NCBI GenBank assembly: GCA_037379345.1
Contig: CM074513.1
Span: forward strand, 47,347,195-47,411,194
From: Perna viridis
Lineage: Eukaryota
Length of the DNA stretch: 64,000 nucleotides
Direction: 5' to 3'
Shown: positions 1 to 10,902 of the stretch, piece by piece
Layout of the letters: the number at the start of each line of letters is the position of its first letter
Position numbering within the stretch: the first letter of the stretch is position 1
Made by a program: the position numbers and the translations under genes
The notes under the pieces: generated by a model
The model's input: only the letters and a program-made list of their open reading frames with translations
Database searches by the model: none
What the model was told of the DNA's origin: nothing

Positions 1-205
1 ATTTTATTCAGAGAATTTAACAACATAGGAAGTTAAAGTAACTACTTTCATCCTGTTTATGTACCTGTATCAGATAATGTTATATCGTTGTCCATTTAAT
101 ACAAGTACCAGTATCATGAGCTATGTAAAATTATATTTGTTTTAATGTAAAAAAATATTACTTCCTGAAACAGCAGTACTATACGTTTTTAAGCTTGATT
201 TTTAA

Positions 206-445
206 GGGGACAATCATTTGATTCTGATGGGGCTAGCAAATTTTGTGGGGTCAGAAAATTTGATTTTGAAACTTTGCCAGTCAAATTTATTTCCGTTCAC
301 TTGATGAAGTATCTTTACTGAGGTCAGAATTTATCTATTTTCTAGGAGATGTAGCTCAGAATATTTATATTCAACATTTTCAGGGCCAGAATATTTATAT
401 CCAAAATCAGCCAGGCCCCCACTTTAGACTCAAATGGTCGTCTCC
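206..445. mobile_element. Non-autonomous DNA transposon (MITE) with TTAA target-site duplication, Kolobok/piggyBac-like
   Basis: TTAA at 202-205 and 446-449 flanks imperfect ~20-bp TIRs: GGGGACAATCATTTGATTCT on the left; the reverse complement of the right end reads GGAGACGACCATTTGAGTCT. No ORF. Confidence 0.75.
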
Positions 446-971
446 TTAAAGGAACAGGGAAAGACTAATTTTGAAATGAAAGAATAGTACTTCGGTACTT
501 TTTCAAAGCCATCTTATAATGGATAATGTTTAGAAATGTAAAAAACGCGCTTCTTTTGCGCGTATCAGTGTATAGACCTGCAGCGGTTGCATATACGTGT
601 ATGATGTCTTAATTAATCATTAAAGCCCGGGACCTAGTTTCGTGCCAACAGGCTACTGGAGTCATTATCTGTCTAGGTTAATGAGCTCATCATAGAAACA
701 GTCTCTATCGTTTACAATGTTCCTACGCGGGACAATACAATGTGTGCCAGGGTTCTATCCCTTACAGAAACCTAGACAACAATGAAAGCACAGGTTTTAA
801 ACCCTTGAGAAGATTCTAATCTTACCCTTACATGAAGATATGTAATTGGTTCAATACTTTAAACCTTAAGGTAGCGATTATGATCTTAACGACACGTAAT
901 AGGATCTACATTCAACACAGTGCAACGTAATACATGAGTAATCGAGGATTTTTCACCTGGTGAAACTCCTG

Positions 972-1006
972 TGACGTCAATCGACTGAAATATTTTATAT
1001 ATAAAG
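972..1006 (+). promoter_or_regulatory. Candidate Pol II promoter: full CRE (TGACGTCA, 972-979) plus TATA box (TATATAAAG, 998-1006)
   Basis: Both motifs are read directly, 18 nt apart, 105-140 nt upstream of the candidate start codons of a small ORF. A TATA-proximal CRE is the classic arrangement of cAMP-inducible promoters. Confidence 0.6.
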
Positions 1007-1143
1007 CTTACTATAGTATTGAAGTGATATATAACAACATATCGTGTTGGTGGGAATCATACAGGATAATCTGATAGATAGAATACTTTGAACGAAAAAT
1101 TTTACTTCTAATGTCAGTACTTGCTCTTACTATGTCAGTTCAA

Positions 1144-1365
1144 ATGGAAAGGCAGAATTCTGATGTGTTCATCCAAAATGGACACGGATATACACCGAGG
1201 AGGAGAAATGCGATGGGGGACATATTCCAGAACGTTGACCATGAGGTTTTGTACAGTAAGCTTTTACAAGAACTTAAAATGAATGGCTGTGAGTCGGAGT
1301 CAGTTAGCCAGGAAAACAACCCGACAAATGATGGCTGTGATGATACTGGAAACAAATTCGGGTAA
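1144..1365 (+). CDS. Putative cAMP-dependent protein kinase inhibitor (PKI)-like microprotein, 73 aa (in-frame upstream ATGs at 1111 and 1132)
   Basis: MERQNSDVFIQNGHGYTPRRRNAMGDIFQNVDHEVLYSKLLQELKMNG... resembles PKI (DFIASGRTGRRNAIHDI ... LALKLAGLDI): RRNA-hydrophobic pseudosubstrate followed by xDI, a leucine-rich NES-like segment, an acidic low-complexity tail and similar length. CRE/TATA upstream and AATAAA at 1757. Confidence 0.6.
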   Translation: MERQNSDVFIQNGHGYTPRRRNAMGDIFQNVDHEVLYSKLLQELKMNGCESESVSQENNPTNDGCDDTGNKFG

Positions 1366-1756
1366 AATAAAACGGTTTTTGGTAATTTCAATAATTTAAC
1401 TTCTGGCAACGCAGTGAGTAATCCAAATGGCTTCTGCCGGTTTTATGAATGTGTTCATACCGGGATATACGAAAACTCTGCATAGACTTAACACTCTTGT
1501 GATCTGGAAAGAACAATTTACGACAGAATGTAATGGGAGAGAAGTATTGTGGAAGAAAAAAACTTTACTCTTATGAACTAAGGTTTGTTTTGAACATTGG
1601 TCTGTGGATTGGGTATATCAGTGTAAATCTTGCTTCCAGTGTTGCTTTTACTCCATGAACATAAAATGCTCAAATTGCATGTCATTGTATGTTTTGTTTC
1701 GTTTTTGTTTTGTATATTTTTATGCTCAGAGTCTTTTTACATATGTTGATTGTTTT

Positions 1757-1762
1757 AATAAA
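1757..1762 (+). terminator. Candidate polyadenylation signal of the PKI-like gene
   Basis: AATAAA about 390 nt after the stop codon, preceded by U-rich sequence. Confidence 0.4.
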
Positions 1763-2559
1763 AATGTAAAGAAGTGAACCTTTAGTGGATAATTCATTAA
1801 ATTCTTACAAAAGAATAGCAATGTAGCTAAGACAGCACAAGGGCAACAGGACAGATTCATTAGTTTTATACTAAAACACAGCAAAATTTTATATTTTGCC
1901 TTTAGATTCCAAATACATAATAAATGCCAATTCCCGTAGCAAGCTTAAAATAAAGAGTATTATCAGCATTAACTACATTGCAAGAATGTTGCAGACCAAA
2001 CAGATCACAATAAACTGATATCATAATGATCACAGTGCATTTAATCACTGGTAAAGCTGTATTAAAGTTCATAAAAAATATATTTTAAATGTTAGCATTA
2101 TTTGACTACATGTATAAGTTCGATATTGGCATGAGCTGATAAGATGCAATTAATGAATATCAACCTGGTCAAGCTTTGTACAGATCGAACATATTGATAT
2201 CAGCTGTTATGAAAACATACAGTGCTAGCAACGATACTACCCACATTCGCTAAACGCTTTTTAGTTAACCGGAAAATGTCGAGGTTTATATCACTTGCAT
2301 ACTCTCAAGTCTCCAGTCACCAGATATTCATTTTTTTATCATTTATATTTATTGGAGTTCAACAGTACATTGGACTGAAAGTATACAGAACATAATCAAC
2401 AATAGATTTCTTTATATTATATGTTTATTTTTATTTATATTTTAGTTCTCTTGATTTTGACTTGAAATCAGGCCCGTTGCTATGCAAACAGAATGTCTAT
2501 GACCACGCCCTTTAAGTGACAAAAAAGAGGACTGCTAGTCTGTAAAAGATATACACGTA

Positions 2560-2960
2560 TAATATGTAGGTTACATTATGTTTTTAAAACGAATTGTTCA
2601 TAAAAACGATAATTAAAGTCGCATACTACAAATATATAAATAATTCAACCAGCTCAGTTCTATAAAGACTATCTAATAGCATGGATGAAACATGTAGAAA
2701 CTATTACATAACTTGATTTGTAAGCGAATAATGTGATGCTTAAATTGAAGTCCCTATTCGCAGAGCTAATACAGCCGACCCCTCCTATTCCTCTATATAC
2801 CATATCCAAGTTTAATTTTACTCTATAGACTGGTGTATCATACTTTGATTCATTCATCATCCTTTCAATGAAATTGGCTCCATGTTATTGTTTGATCACC
2901 AATTATCTATCAACCTTAAGTAACCAGTCTAGTCTTCATCCGATGGTTTGTACTGAATAT
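2560..2960 (-). mobile_element. Highly decayed Penelope-like element RT fragment
   Basis: Translation NLDMVY...NRDFNLSITLFAYKSSYVIVSTCFIHAIR resembles the recalled PLE RT block YLDL...KRDDFNFxIVNFPFLSSNIP...YISQLIR. Confidence 0.35.
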
Positions 2961-3724
2961 AAAACGGCATTGTGCTGATCAATATCAAAAATTCTTCTTT
3001 ATTGGGGATGAATAGTCGACATAAATATGGTTTGTTTATTATATGTAAAAAATGTGCAATAAGATATTCAAACTATGTTTTCACACTTAATGACGACTTT
3101 GCTTTGTTTCATCAAAACAATAACTCGAGATGTACGTTGATATTTCTAACTTGGTATAAGAAGTATGTGAGAATGTTCATTTGTCTTTAAAGTTTGCTTT
3201 TGTTTGTCTTTGGTTAACCGTATTTAGTGGTATTCACCTAATTTGCTTGCAAGATCGACTTAATGGGCCTTGAATGTACATTGTCGTTCTTGCATTTGAA
3301 TGACTAAATTCACAAAATCAATAATAACATATATTGTACAATTCGGGTTTCCCAAAACTAATTGCCTGAATGATGAATATGAAATATTCAATAGAAGTTG
3401 ATTTTCGAATAAGACATGATTCATTACATCAGTAGATTTTTTTATAACAATCAATATTCATGTTTCATGCTCGTGAATCGACAAATATGTATTATGTAAC
3501 CATGGTGACTTTATAGACAGCCATCTAGTCATGCTTATAAGTTACATTAAAACATTTTTATACAATTCTTATTTTTTCTAATTAGAATTGCATCTTTCTT
3601 GTGACTTCAGCTGGGAAGTGCGATGACTGATTTTGAAAATTTTGTTTAGTTTTACACATCTTTTATTTGACGGATTGTCATTTCTGCCCCCACGCTGATT
3701 CCGCTGAATGAGTTTTTCTTCTCC

Positions 3725-3785
3725 TTTTTTTGGTTTGTTTGTTTTGTTTTTGTTTTGATTTGTTTTGTTTTTTTTTTTTTTTTGT
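3725..3785. repeat. T-rich / (TTTTG)n low-complexity tract
   Basis: Seen directly. Confidence 0.8.
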
Positions 3786-5814
3786 TCATTTTTATATGCA
3801 TTGACTGATGTAATAATGTACATTTATAACGCACTAAATAAACTTCAAACTTATAAAACCTACACATATTCTAAGAATGCTGCATAACTTCCACCCCTCC
3901 GAGATAAATAAAATTGACATGTAAAAGTGAAATTCTGTGGTTTTCCAGAGATATTCATTGAATTTGTATTTTTTTAATGTAACATATGATAACCGGACTT
4001 TGTCAATTGACTTCGGGGGTCAATAATACACTAATGACGTCATTGCGGTTTATCCGATGTAGGTCGTCAATCAAAAAGAATTATGAAATTGATAAAAGTG
4101 ATGGTTTGAAGATAATTGATAACGGAAAACCGACAACTTTGTCTGTCTGATCATACATGTAAAAATATGTTGTGACGTCAACCAATTATAGAAATATGTA
4201 ACATACTAACCAGATAACACAGAGAACGAGAAATCATGTAATTCATACACCTTTAAATGCAAATATTAACAAAGTTAATTAAATTATACTTATCCAAAAA
4301 TATAGCAGCGAGCGTTCTCTTAATGTTTCTCCTGTATATGACTATAGTCTTTTGTAATAATCACCTATATTGTTTTCCGAACACACAATTTACTTCTAGG
4401 ATGTCATCTGGGTTTTCTTACTTTCTACTACGATTTGACTCTTAAGTCACCGACCAAATAAAAAAGAAAAGCAATTTTTAGATATTATACTTCCATGATG
4501 TTTCAACAGTTAACTAAATGTGCTATTTTATTGAAATATGCTGTACTGTGTTAGGTTGAATGATTTGACGTTATCAAATAAATTAAATGATGACCCAAAA
4601 TAATGAAATTAAATAATGTTCAAAATCGCTTAAGAAAATTACTTTCTGCTCTGTAAAAGCCGATTGAATACGATGACGTCAAAGCTGGTCTTTGTTCGCA
4701 TACTATCATTATATTAATGTGGTTGATAGATTATTTAATAACCATTTCTTATGAATGTAAAAAAGAATTTAGTCAGGAGACTGGCAAAAAAACTCAGTCC
4801 AAATTATGGTCGATATTTGCTATTACTACATATTTTGTTGGATTCGATAAGATTTTTTTTTTCGTAAGCATCGTGGGGTTATAGTATGTGCATTTAGTAT
4901 TCAATATTTTTATATCATAGTATCTAGTATTTAGTATACGTAGTATTAGAGTATTCTATCCCGATTTTATTTACTTTTACTTATGCATGTATCTCATTGC
5001 TATTGAATATTATTGTATTGAACTGATTTGCACAAATGTAAAATATGTCTCAAGAAGTCGTTTGTATTCTTTGAAGACGGGGTCACATTATCATGGAACT
5101 TGGTATACATGTTCTCATTATGTGAATTGTGGGATGTGTGTCATTAAGTACAATAATAATAATAAAGTGTCACTTACGATTGGTGCATCGGTTTTGCGTC
5201 GACACATTTTCTGATTTCCGCTTTATAAAAAAAACTCTCGGAAACATCAAAAAGAGCATTTTGTTGTTGTTTTTTTTCACGCTATACTACATGTCATTGC
5301 TGCATAAATCCCTACATCAACTGCATACCTTACATGTTCATGCTGTAAGCTTATTTTTTACATGTAGGTAGTCTTTAGCTAGACTAAATTAAATACATAT
5401 AGTCCATGAAAAATGGAGTTAGACATGATTTGTAACACAACGAGTGAGGACCCCCCACATTTTAATTGTTGTCAAAATGCGTTATGAAGTGAAAATGGAA
5501 AATGTAAAATTCCTCTATTACTGATAATTGTTGAAAACATTTTGCTTTTGTTGATCTTTGCGTGTCGTAATTTATCTCTCGGTTTACTCCTGTATGGAAT
5601 AGAATCTGATATACATTTTAATAAGGTTTCTCATACATACCTGGATGTTAAGATATAAAACGGTGAAGTAAAGACGAATACAGCACCATTATATTGTTGT
5701 TTCATCCAAAATTTAGAATAACATACATTCTGTACTGGAGCATTCATGATTTATAACTAATGTGTTGGTTATTAATCTGGAATTCATTATGTAAATATTA
5801 TGTCTCGTTTGTAG

Positions 5815-5906
5815 GTTTTATTACAGATGATTTGGTAACATCAGAAAGCGACGGTAACCAGCAGAAATATCTTGGTGTTTGCCAGTTGCCCGGTTCTAAT
5901 AGAAAG
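5815..5906 (+). CDS. POLL: DNA polymerase lambda, internal exon (palm)
   Basis: AG...GT flanked, 92 nt. Encodes (G)[30 protein letters not shown] versus human [31 protein letters not shown]. Confidence 0.95.
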
Positions 5907-5979
5907 GTGTGTGTTTTAGTCAGTTGTCTACATAATATCAGACTTGGAGATCAAGTATATTGTCGCGCCTTTTTGGCTT

Positions 5980-6056
5980 TTTGATTGTTTGTTGTTTGTT
6001 GTTTGTTGTTTTGTTTTTGTTGTTTTTGTTTTGTTTTTGTTTTGTTGTTTTGTTTT
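5980..6056. repeat. (TTG)/(TTTTG)n microsatellite
   Basis: Seen directly. Confidence 0.8.
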
Positions 6057-7661
6057 TACATCCTATGTCTGTTTGCTACCAAGTCGTTGAAGTAATGAAT
6101 AAATGTGGTGCCAGAATAGTTTGCTGGCACATTTTACTACGGTTATAGCTTTGTGAACTAAAATCAAAGAAGTTTGGGTAGGCTCACCCTAAGGCAAGCA
6201 GTTTCATCTCCTCCATTTTCAAATGTATAATTAATTTTATTTTTTATTTCATAAGACCACAGTTAATCATTCAGCACAGTCATCGATGTAATATTTATTT
6301 ATCTTAATGCCATGCTGACAGATATGACATACAGTTATATGCTTGTTTCGTAGCGTTTCACACACCAAGAGCGATAACTCTAAAATAACATACGCATTCA
6401 TGTTTGAACGTACATACGTATACGATTGTACTTAGTTTATGTCCGTTTCACAACCGTTTTTTGGTGATTTTTTTTATCAGATACACATTTCATGTGCATT
6501 TTAAAAAATCCTTTGTCATTATAGAATTGATCTTAGTTCTACTATACACAAGTTAAGGACCACTAACTAGTAACTTATTGCATTACATAAAATATAAATG
6601 ACACTGGACAGATGAAAACTTTGTACACTGTGTAAGTGCAAAGAAAATGTATGCAAAAATCACAGTCACAAACGTAAAATAGTACGACTTTAATCCTGTA
6701 AACAGATATTGGAGAAAATCATTTAAAATCAAGATTAGTGATAACCTACCTTACCGCTAGCCATTCAGAACTAGGACAGGATATATGATGTAAAGATACA
6801 GTGTAGTGGATTAGTACATGTAAATTAAAATTGGTAGATATATTAATACATGTACATTGTCATATTGTAGAATTAAATAGTCATTAGAATTAAATTTATA
6901 CGTGCACAGAACAACACTTTTATTTTTAATTTTATTTTTTCTACACAGTCAGATTGCATAGAGTAGATTCATATTCTAAAGTTTTTGTTGAGGGGAAATG
7001 GTTGGGTATTTATTATTGAGAAAAGTATGTTTCATAGTCGAGACCATGCTCTTAAATCTAAAATGGGTGCGTTTTGGTATCTTCTATTAAAAGCAGCTTT
7101 ATAAGCATATTGCAAAAGCAAGACTATGAATATGAGAATCCCACAGCATTTTATTTTTAGAATCTTGGTTTTGAAGTTTAAGGACTTTTTTTGACTTTTT
7201 TTTATTTATCGACTTTAAAATCTTTCCGTCAGTCCATTTAATCACATGCTTTCCGTGTTTTTAACGCAAGCAGATATATAATATTTGATGTGTGAGTGTA
7301 TCTTTATGGGTAACAGATTATGCTTGCGTTTGTTTCCGCTTTAATGAGTTTTGATGACATTATGGGCATTGGACGATACAACACCACTCTGCATTTTATA
7401 TACTGAACGCTTCTAGATATTTAAATGTGTAGTAATGGGTTACATATATCAAGTTTATGTTTGGTTCGGCTTATAATCATCACAAAAAATAGGCTCTTAG
7501 TTCAGCAGATACATGGTTTATACCTCTGGGTCGTTTTTTTTATCGTGTGTTTTGGCTCTATTTTTATAAATTACGTAATGCGTTAATGAGATGAATACGT
7601 TTCTGTTAAAATGTCTTTTTCGTTGTATACACTCCTACAATCATGCCGTTTGTCATTGTAG

Positions 7662-7823
7662 CATCGACGACTGGATATCATCGTCGTACCATACAGCGAG
7701 TATGCTTGTGCACTGGTTTACTTCACCGGCTCTGCCCATTTTAACAGATCTCTACGCAACCTTGCGAAAAAATGTGGCATGTCACTGTCTAACCACGCAT
7801 TAAGAAAGGGTGTAGTCAGAAAT
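7662..7823 (+). CDS. POLL: DNA polymerase lambda, penultimate exon
   Basis: AG...GT flanked, 162 nt, phase 0. Encodes [54 protein letters not shown], including the third catalytic Asp (RLD) and the family-X YFTGS motif. Confidence 0.97.
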
Positions 7824-8761
7824 GTAGGTATAAGCACGTCCTCTTTTTCTAACCACACCATAAAGGAGGATACGATCAGAAAGCTTGGTACTTTTATATG
7901 CACCTCTCTTTCTTATCGTGTCCCGAGAAAGGACCCAGTCAGAAAAGATCGAAGTAAACAAACACTCTCTTTCAAATCAAAGGAATTAAATCATGAATGT
8001 TCACGAATGTGCATACATGTATTTTATGGCCAAACATATATTGTGTCGTGAATGGTATAAGTGATTGATGCTGTCTAAAAGTATGTATAGCACCGTTAAA
8101 ATAATAAGGTACCAAGCTAGGGTCTTGGTGTTACCTAAAAACTATCTATAGAAATACCTACAATAGTATTTCATTTAACTGAAAAGCACATATAACTGTA
8201 TTTGATACTAGTGAAAAATACATAAATGCATATTAGAAGTGATTATTTGAAATATGCATCAGGGTAAGTTTAAACAAATCCCTATTCTTTGTGGACTGTG
8301 TTATCTTGTGAATAAGGAGAAATGATGACAAAATGATCTCAGTAAACCAGTTAATGGGACGGAGCATGCATTAGCTCAATATATAGGACAATGTTAAATA
8401 CTTGAAATAGATTGTTCAGGACAAGTATTGTCAGTCTAAATAAATAGTAACCAAATAATGATATGAAATAATGAACCGAGAAGTAAGCGAATATTCAAAG
8501 CCTTTGCATGACATACCAAATCTGGCGACAAAATGCATATGGTCCGTGATGCTGTATTTTTACATAAAGTATGGGTTTTTATATACTACACGATATATTC
8601 TCAACACGAAGTTCTCGAGATTTCGCTGGAGTCAAGCTTGTATAGTCTACATGTATATTGAAAAGCGCAAATACTTCATGTATTATTTTCAGTAAATGCT
8701 ATACTCGCTTTGTTCACGCTTATTACCGTTTGATTCTTTATAGTAATAACCACTTAGAGTC

Positions 8762-9275
8762 TCCCCGTGCAGGTCCGGGTGTTAAAAGAATATGCCTGCA
8801 GCAGCGCTAAGCTTGTCGTAAAAGGCGACTAAATAGTGCTCAGAACCCTAGCCGGGGGCTAGGGCGCTCTGCCCACAGAGCAACTGGGATGTGTGCCCCA
8901 TTAGGTGGAAGGGGTACCCCTGGCGTGTTACATGCTGGGGTTGTCAGGCTATAATACAGAAAACCTGACCGCAAACCATAGTGGTGCACCGTGTTGGGAA
9001 AGATGCCACGTTCCTCGCACGTTGAAGAACCCTACTGTTGTATTCTTCCGGACTAGGAACCATAGGGCTCCGCCACAGGCGGCTAAATTGCCCGACCCTA
9101 CCCACCTCTCCCTATTTCCAGTGGCAATCAAAATTTGTCGACCCCATTGTCCTTGTGTCCCATCCCTTTTTCATTTCATCATCATTTCATGTTCATTTTA
9201 TCATCAATTTCATGTTCATCGTCTGAATATAGCTGAAATATTGCTGCTCGGACGTTAAACCCCAACAAAAACAAA
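8762..9275 (+). mobile_element. Full-length SINE-like retroposon, copy 1 (in a POLL intron)
   Basis: Starts TCCCCGTGCAGGTCCGGG and ends GACGTTAAACCCCAACAAAAACAAA. TSD AACCACTTAGA(G/A)TC at 8748-8761 and 9276-9289. Four other full-length copies in the window. Confidence 0.92.
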
Positions 9276-9945
9276 AACCACTTAGAATCAAATATTTGTA
9301 AGAAATCCCCTAATATAATATTGGCTAACTCATTTTCAAAATCATACGAACTCATGGAGATTTTAAACCAAAAATCATCGAGAACTTTCCAATTACCCGT
9401 AGTGGAAACCTTAAATTGTCAATTTCTTTTACAGAAATATGAGCCATCTGATCTAAAGCTTTTGGTTTATTTTAATTGTGTCATGTTATGGCCTTATTCT
9501 TATAACATGAAAGGCTAAACATACACATGAATTTGATTTGTTTCATTTACCCAGGCAATTCCTTTTGGCTGAAAAATTCTACAATACATGTGATATCATT
9601 TACGTTGCTTCTCAAACAATACAGCAGAATTAACTCTCTTTAGCCACATTTAGATTATGTTCGGTTAAGTCAGTGAACGGCAAATATTGCGAAACTTTTT
9701 AATTTTTTTTTTTTTTGGGGGGGGGAGGAATGGTTTCAGAGTTCGAACTATGTCAAAATATCTGGTGAAAATTTGAAATTGAAATCAACATTGTTTCAAT
9801 TGTATAAACTAACTTGCTATTTAGGCCACGCCCACCTTTTACGAAACTACTTTTTGTTTGTCAACATCCGAAACAACGTTTTCAGTCACATTGTAACGTT
9901 GAAACGTTTTTGTGACATATACAATAAAGGTACATTGTCGAAAAT

Positions 9946-10043
9946 TATTGAAGATATGTGATGAGGGGACGGAACGGGTAAGAAATGCGAGGCTCCGCCG
10001 AGCTATTTCCCCCGTTCCAAGCCGAATACATATATCTTCAATA
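9946..10043. repeat. ~98-bp imperfect palindrome, probable end of a non-autonomous (Crypton-like) element
   Basis: Outer arms TATTGAAGATATGTG / CATATATCTTCAATA, inner arms GGAACGGG / CCCGTTCC, core CGAGGCTCCGCCGAG. Confidence 0.55.
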
Positions 10044-10502
10044 GATAGGTAAACGGTTGTCTATTTTTTTTTTTTCGCAAAATAACTTACTGTAAATAAT
10101 TCTTTTTTTTCTTTTTTTTTTTTTTTTTTGGTTTTTGAATTATATATTTTGAACTTAAACATATTTAAAGGCTACTTTGAATTCACTTCTTGCGAGCTTG
10201 TCTGATTCTTATTCCGGTTTGACCCAATCGGTACACCTCAGCCTTTCTAGTTACACAAAAGAAAAACCTTGGAGGCACTAGGCGGATGGATCCGTCCGGA
10301 ATTTGACCGATCCGATTCTAAAACTATAATTAAACTGGTTGAATTTTTTACCATTACTTTTTTTCTTAGCTCCTCGCTTCGCGCCAATATTTTTGGAAGA
10401 GTTGCTCTTAATTTCTAGTGATATCCAACTAAAATTTTTAGCACCACCTGGTGGATAGAACTATTTTGATTCGCGTATGACTACAATTCTGGCAATTTTT
10501 TC

Positions 10503-10708
10503 AGGACGCTTACCCCACCGGTGCACCTGGTCTATGCTCCCAGTTTTTAGTGGAGTCTGAGTTGCTCATTTGCTTTTATTACTTTGTATGTATGATTTTA
10601 GATACTTTATGTTCTTTGTTGTGTATGTCTGTTTTTCATGTCTGGTCTTCGTCCCTGGATTACATTCTTTTGATTACCGCTATAACCTTTGTTCCCTTGA
10701 TTACTCTT
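10503..10708 (+). mobile_element. 3'-terminal fragment of the Penelope-like family
   Basis: Closely matches about 25727-25926 and the reverse complement of about 29882-30082. All three end at GTTCCCTTGATTACTC. Confidence 0.8.
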
Positions 10709-10777
10709 TCAAGAAGAAATTTTCCTTTCTGCATCCGAGGTTATTTTTAGTGTAGCGGAAATGGCCGAGTAGTTTCG

Positions 10778-10902
10778 ATTGCGGTTTGACTGAATGTCTG
10801 TCGTTGGCTTCGCATGCGATGTGTTATTTTTGGCCGGCTTGTCTGATACCTATTCCGGTTTGACTGAACGTCTTTCGTTGGCCTCGCATGCGATGTTTTA
10901 TT
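10778..10902. repeat. Direct duplication of ~50 bp
   Basis: CGGTTTGACTGAA(T/C)GTCT(G/T)TCGTTGGC(T/C)TCGCATGCGATGT occurs twice. A related piece is at about 10195-10223. Confidence 0.75.

Noticed and set aside
5760-5984. ORF-track proteins overlapping POLL exons (also 7779-8051)
   Set aside because: Read-through into introns; the real coding parts are bounded by AG/GT splice sites.
8762-8845. tRNA gene or tRNA-derived SINE head
   Set aside because: No cloverleaf and no recognisable A box or GTTCRA B box.
8905-9258. Recurrent ~100-130-aa ORFs (also 15779-16090, 29333-29719, 33698-34066, 51069-51332)
   Set aside because: They are readings of the GC-richer SINE copies on either strand; frames and stops differ between copies.
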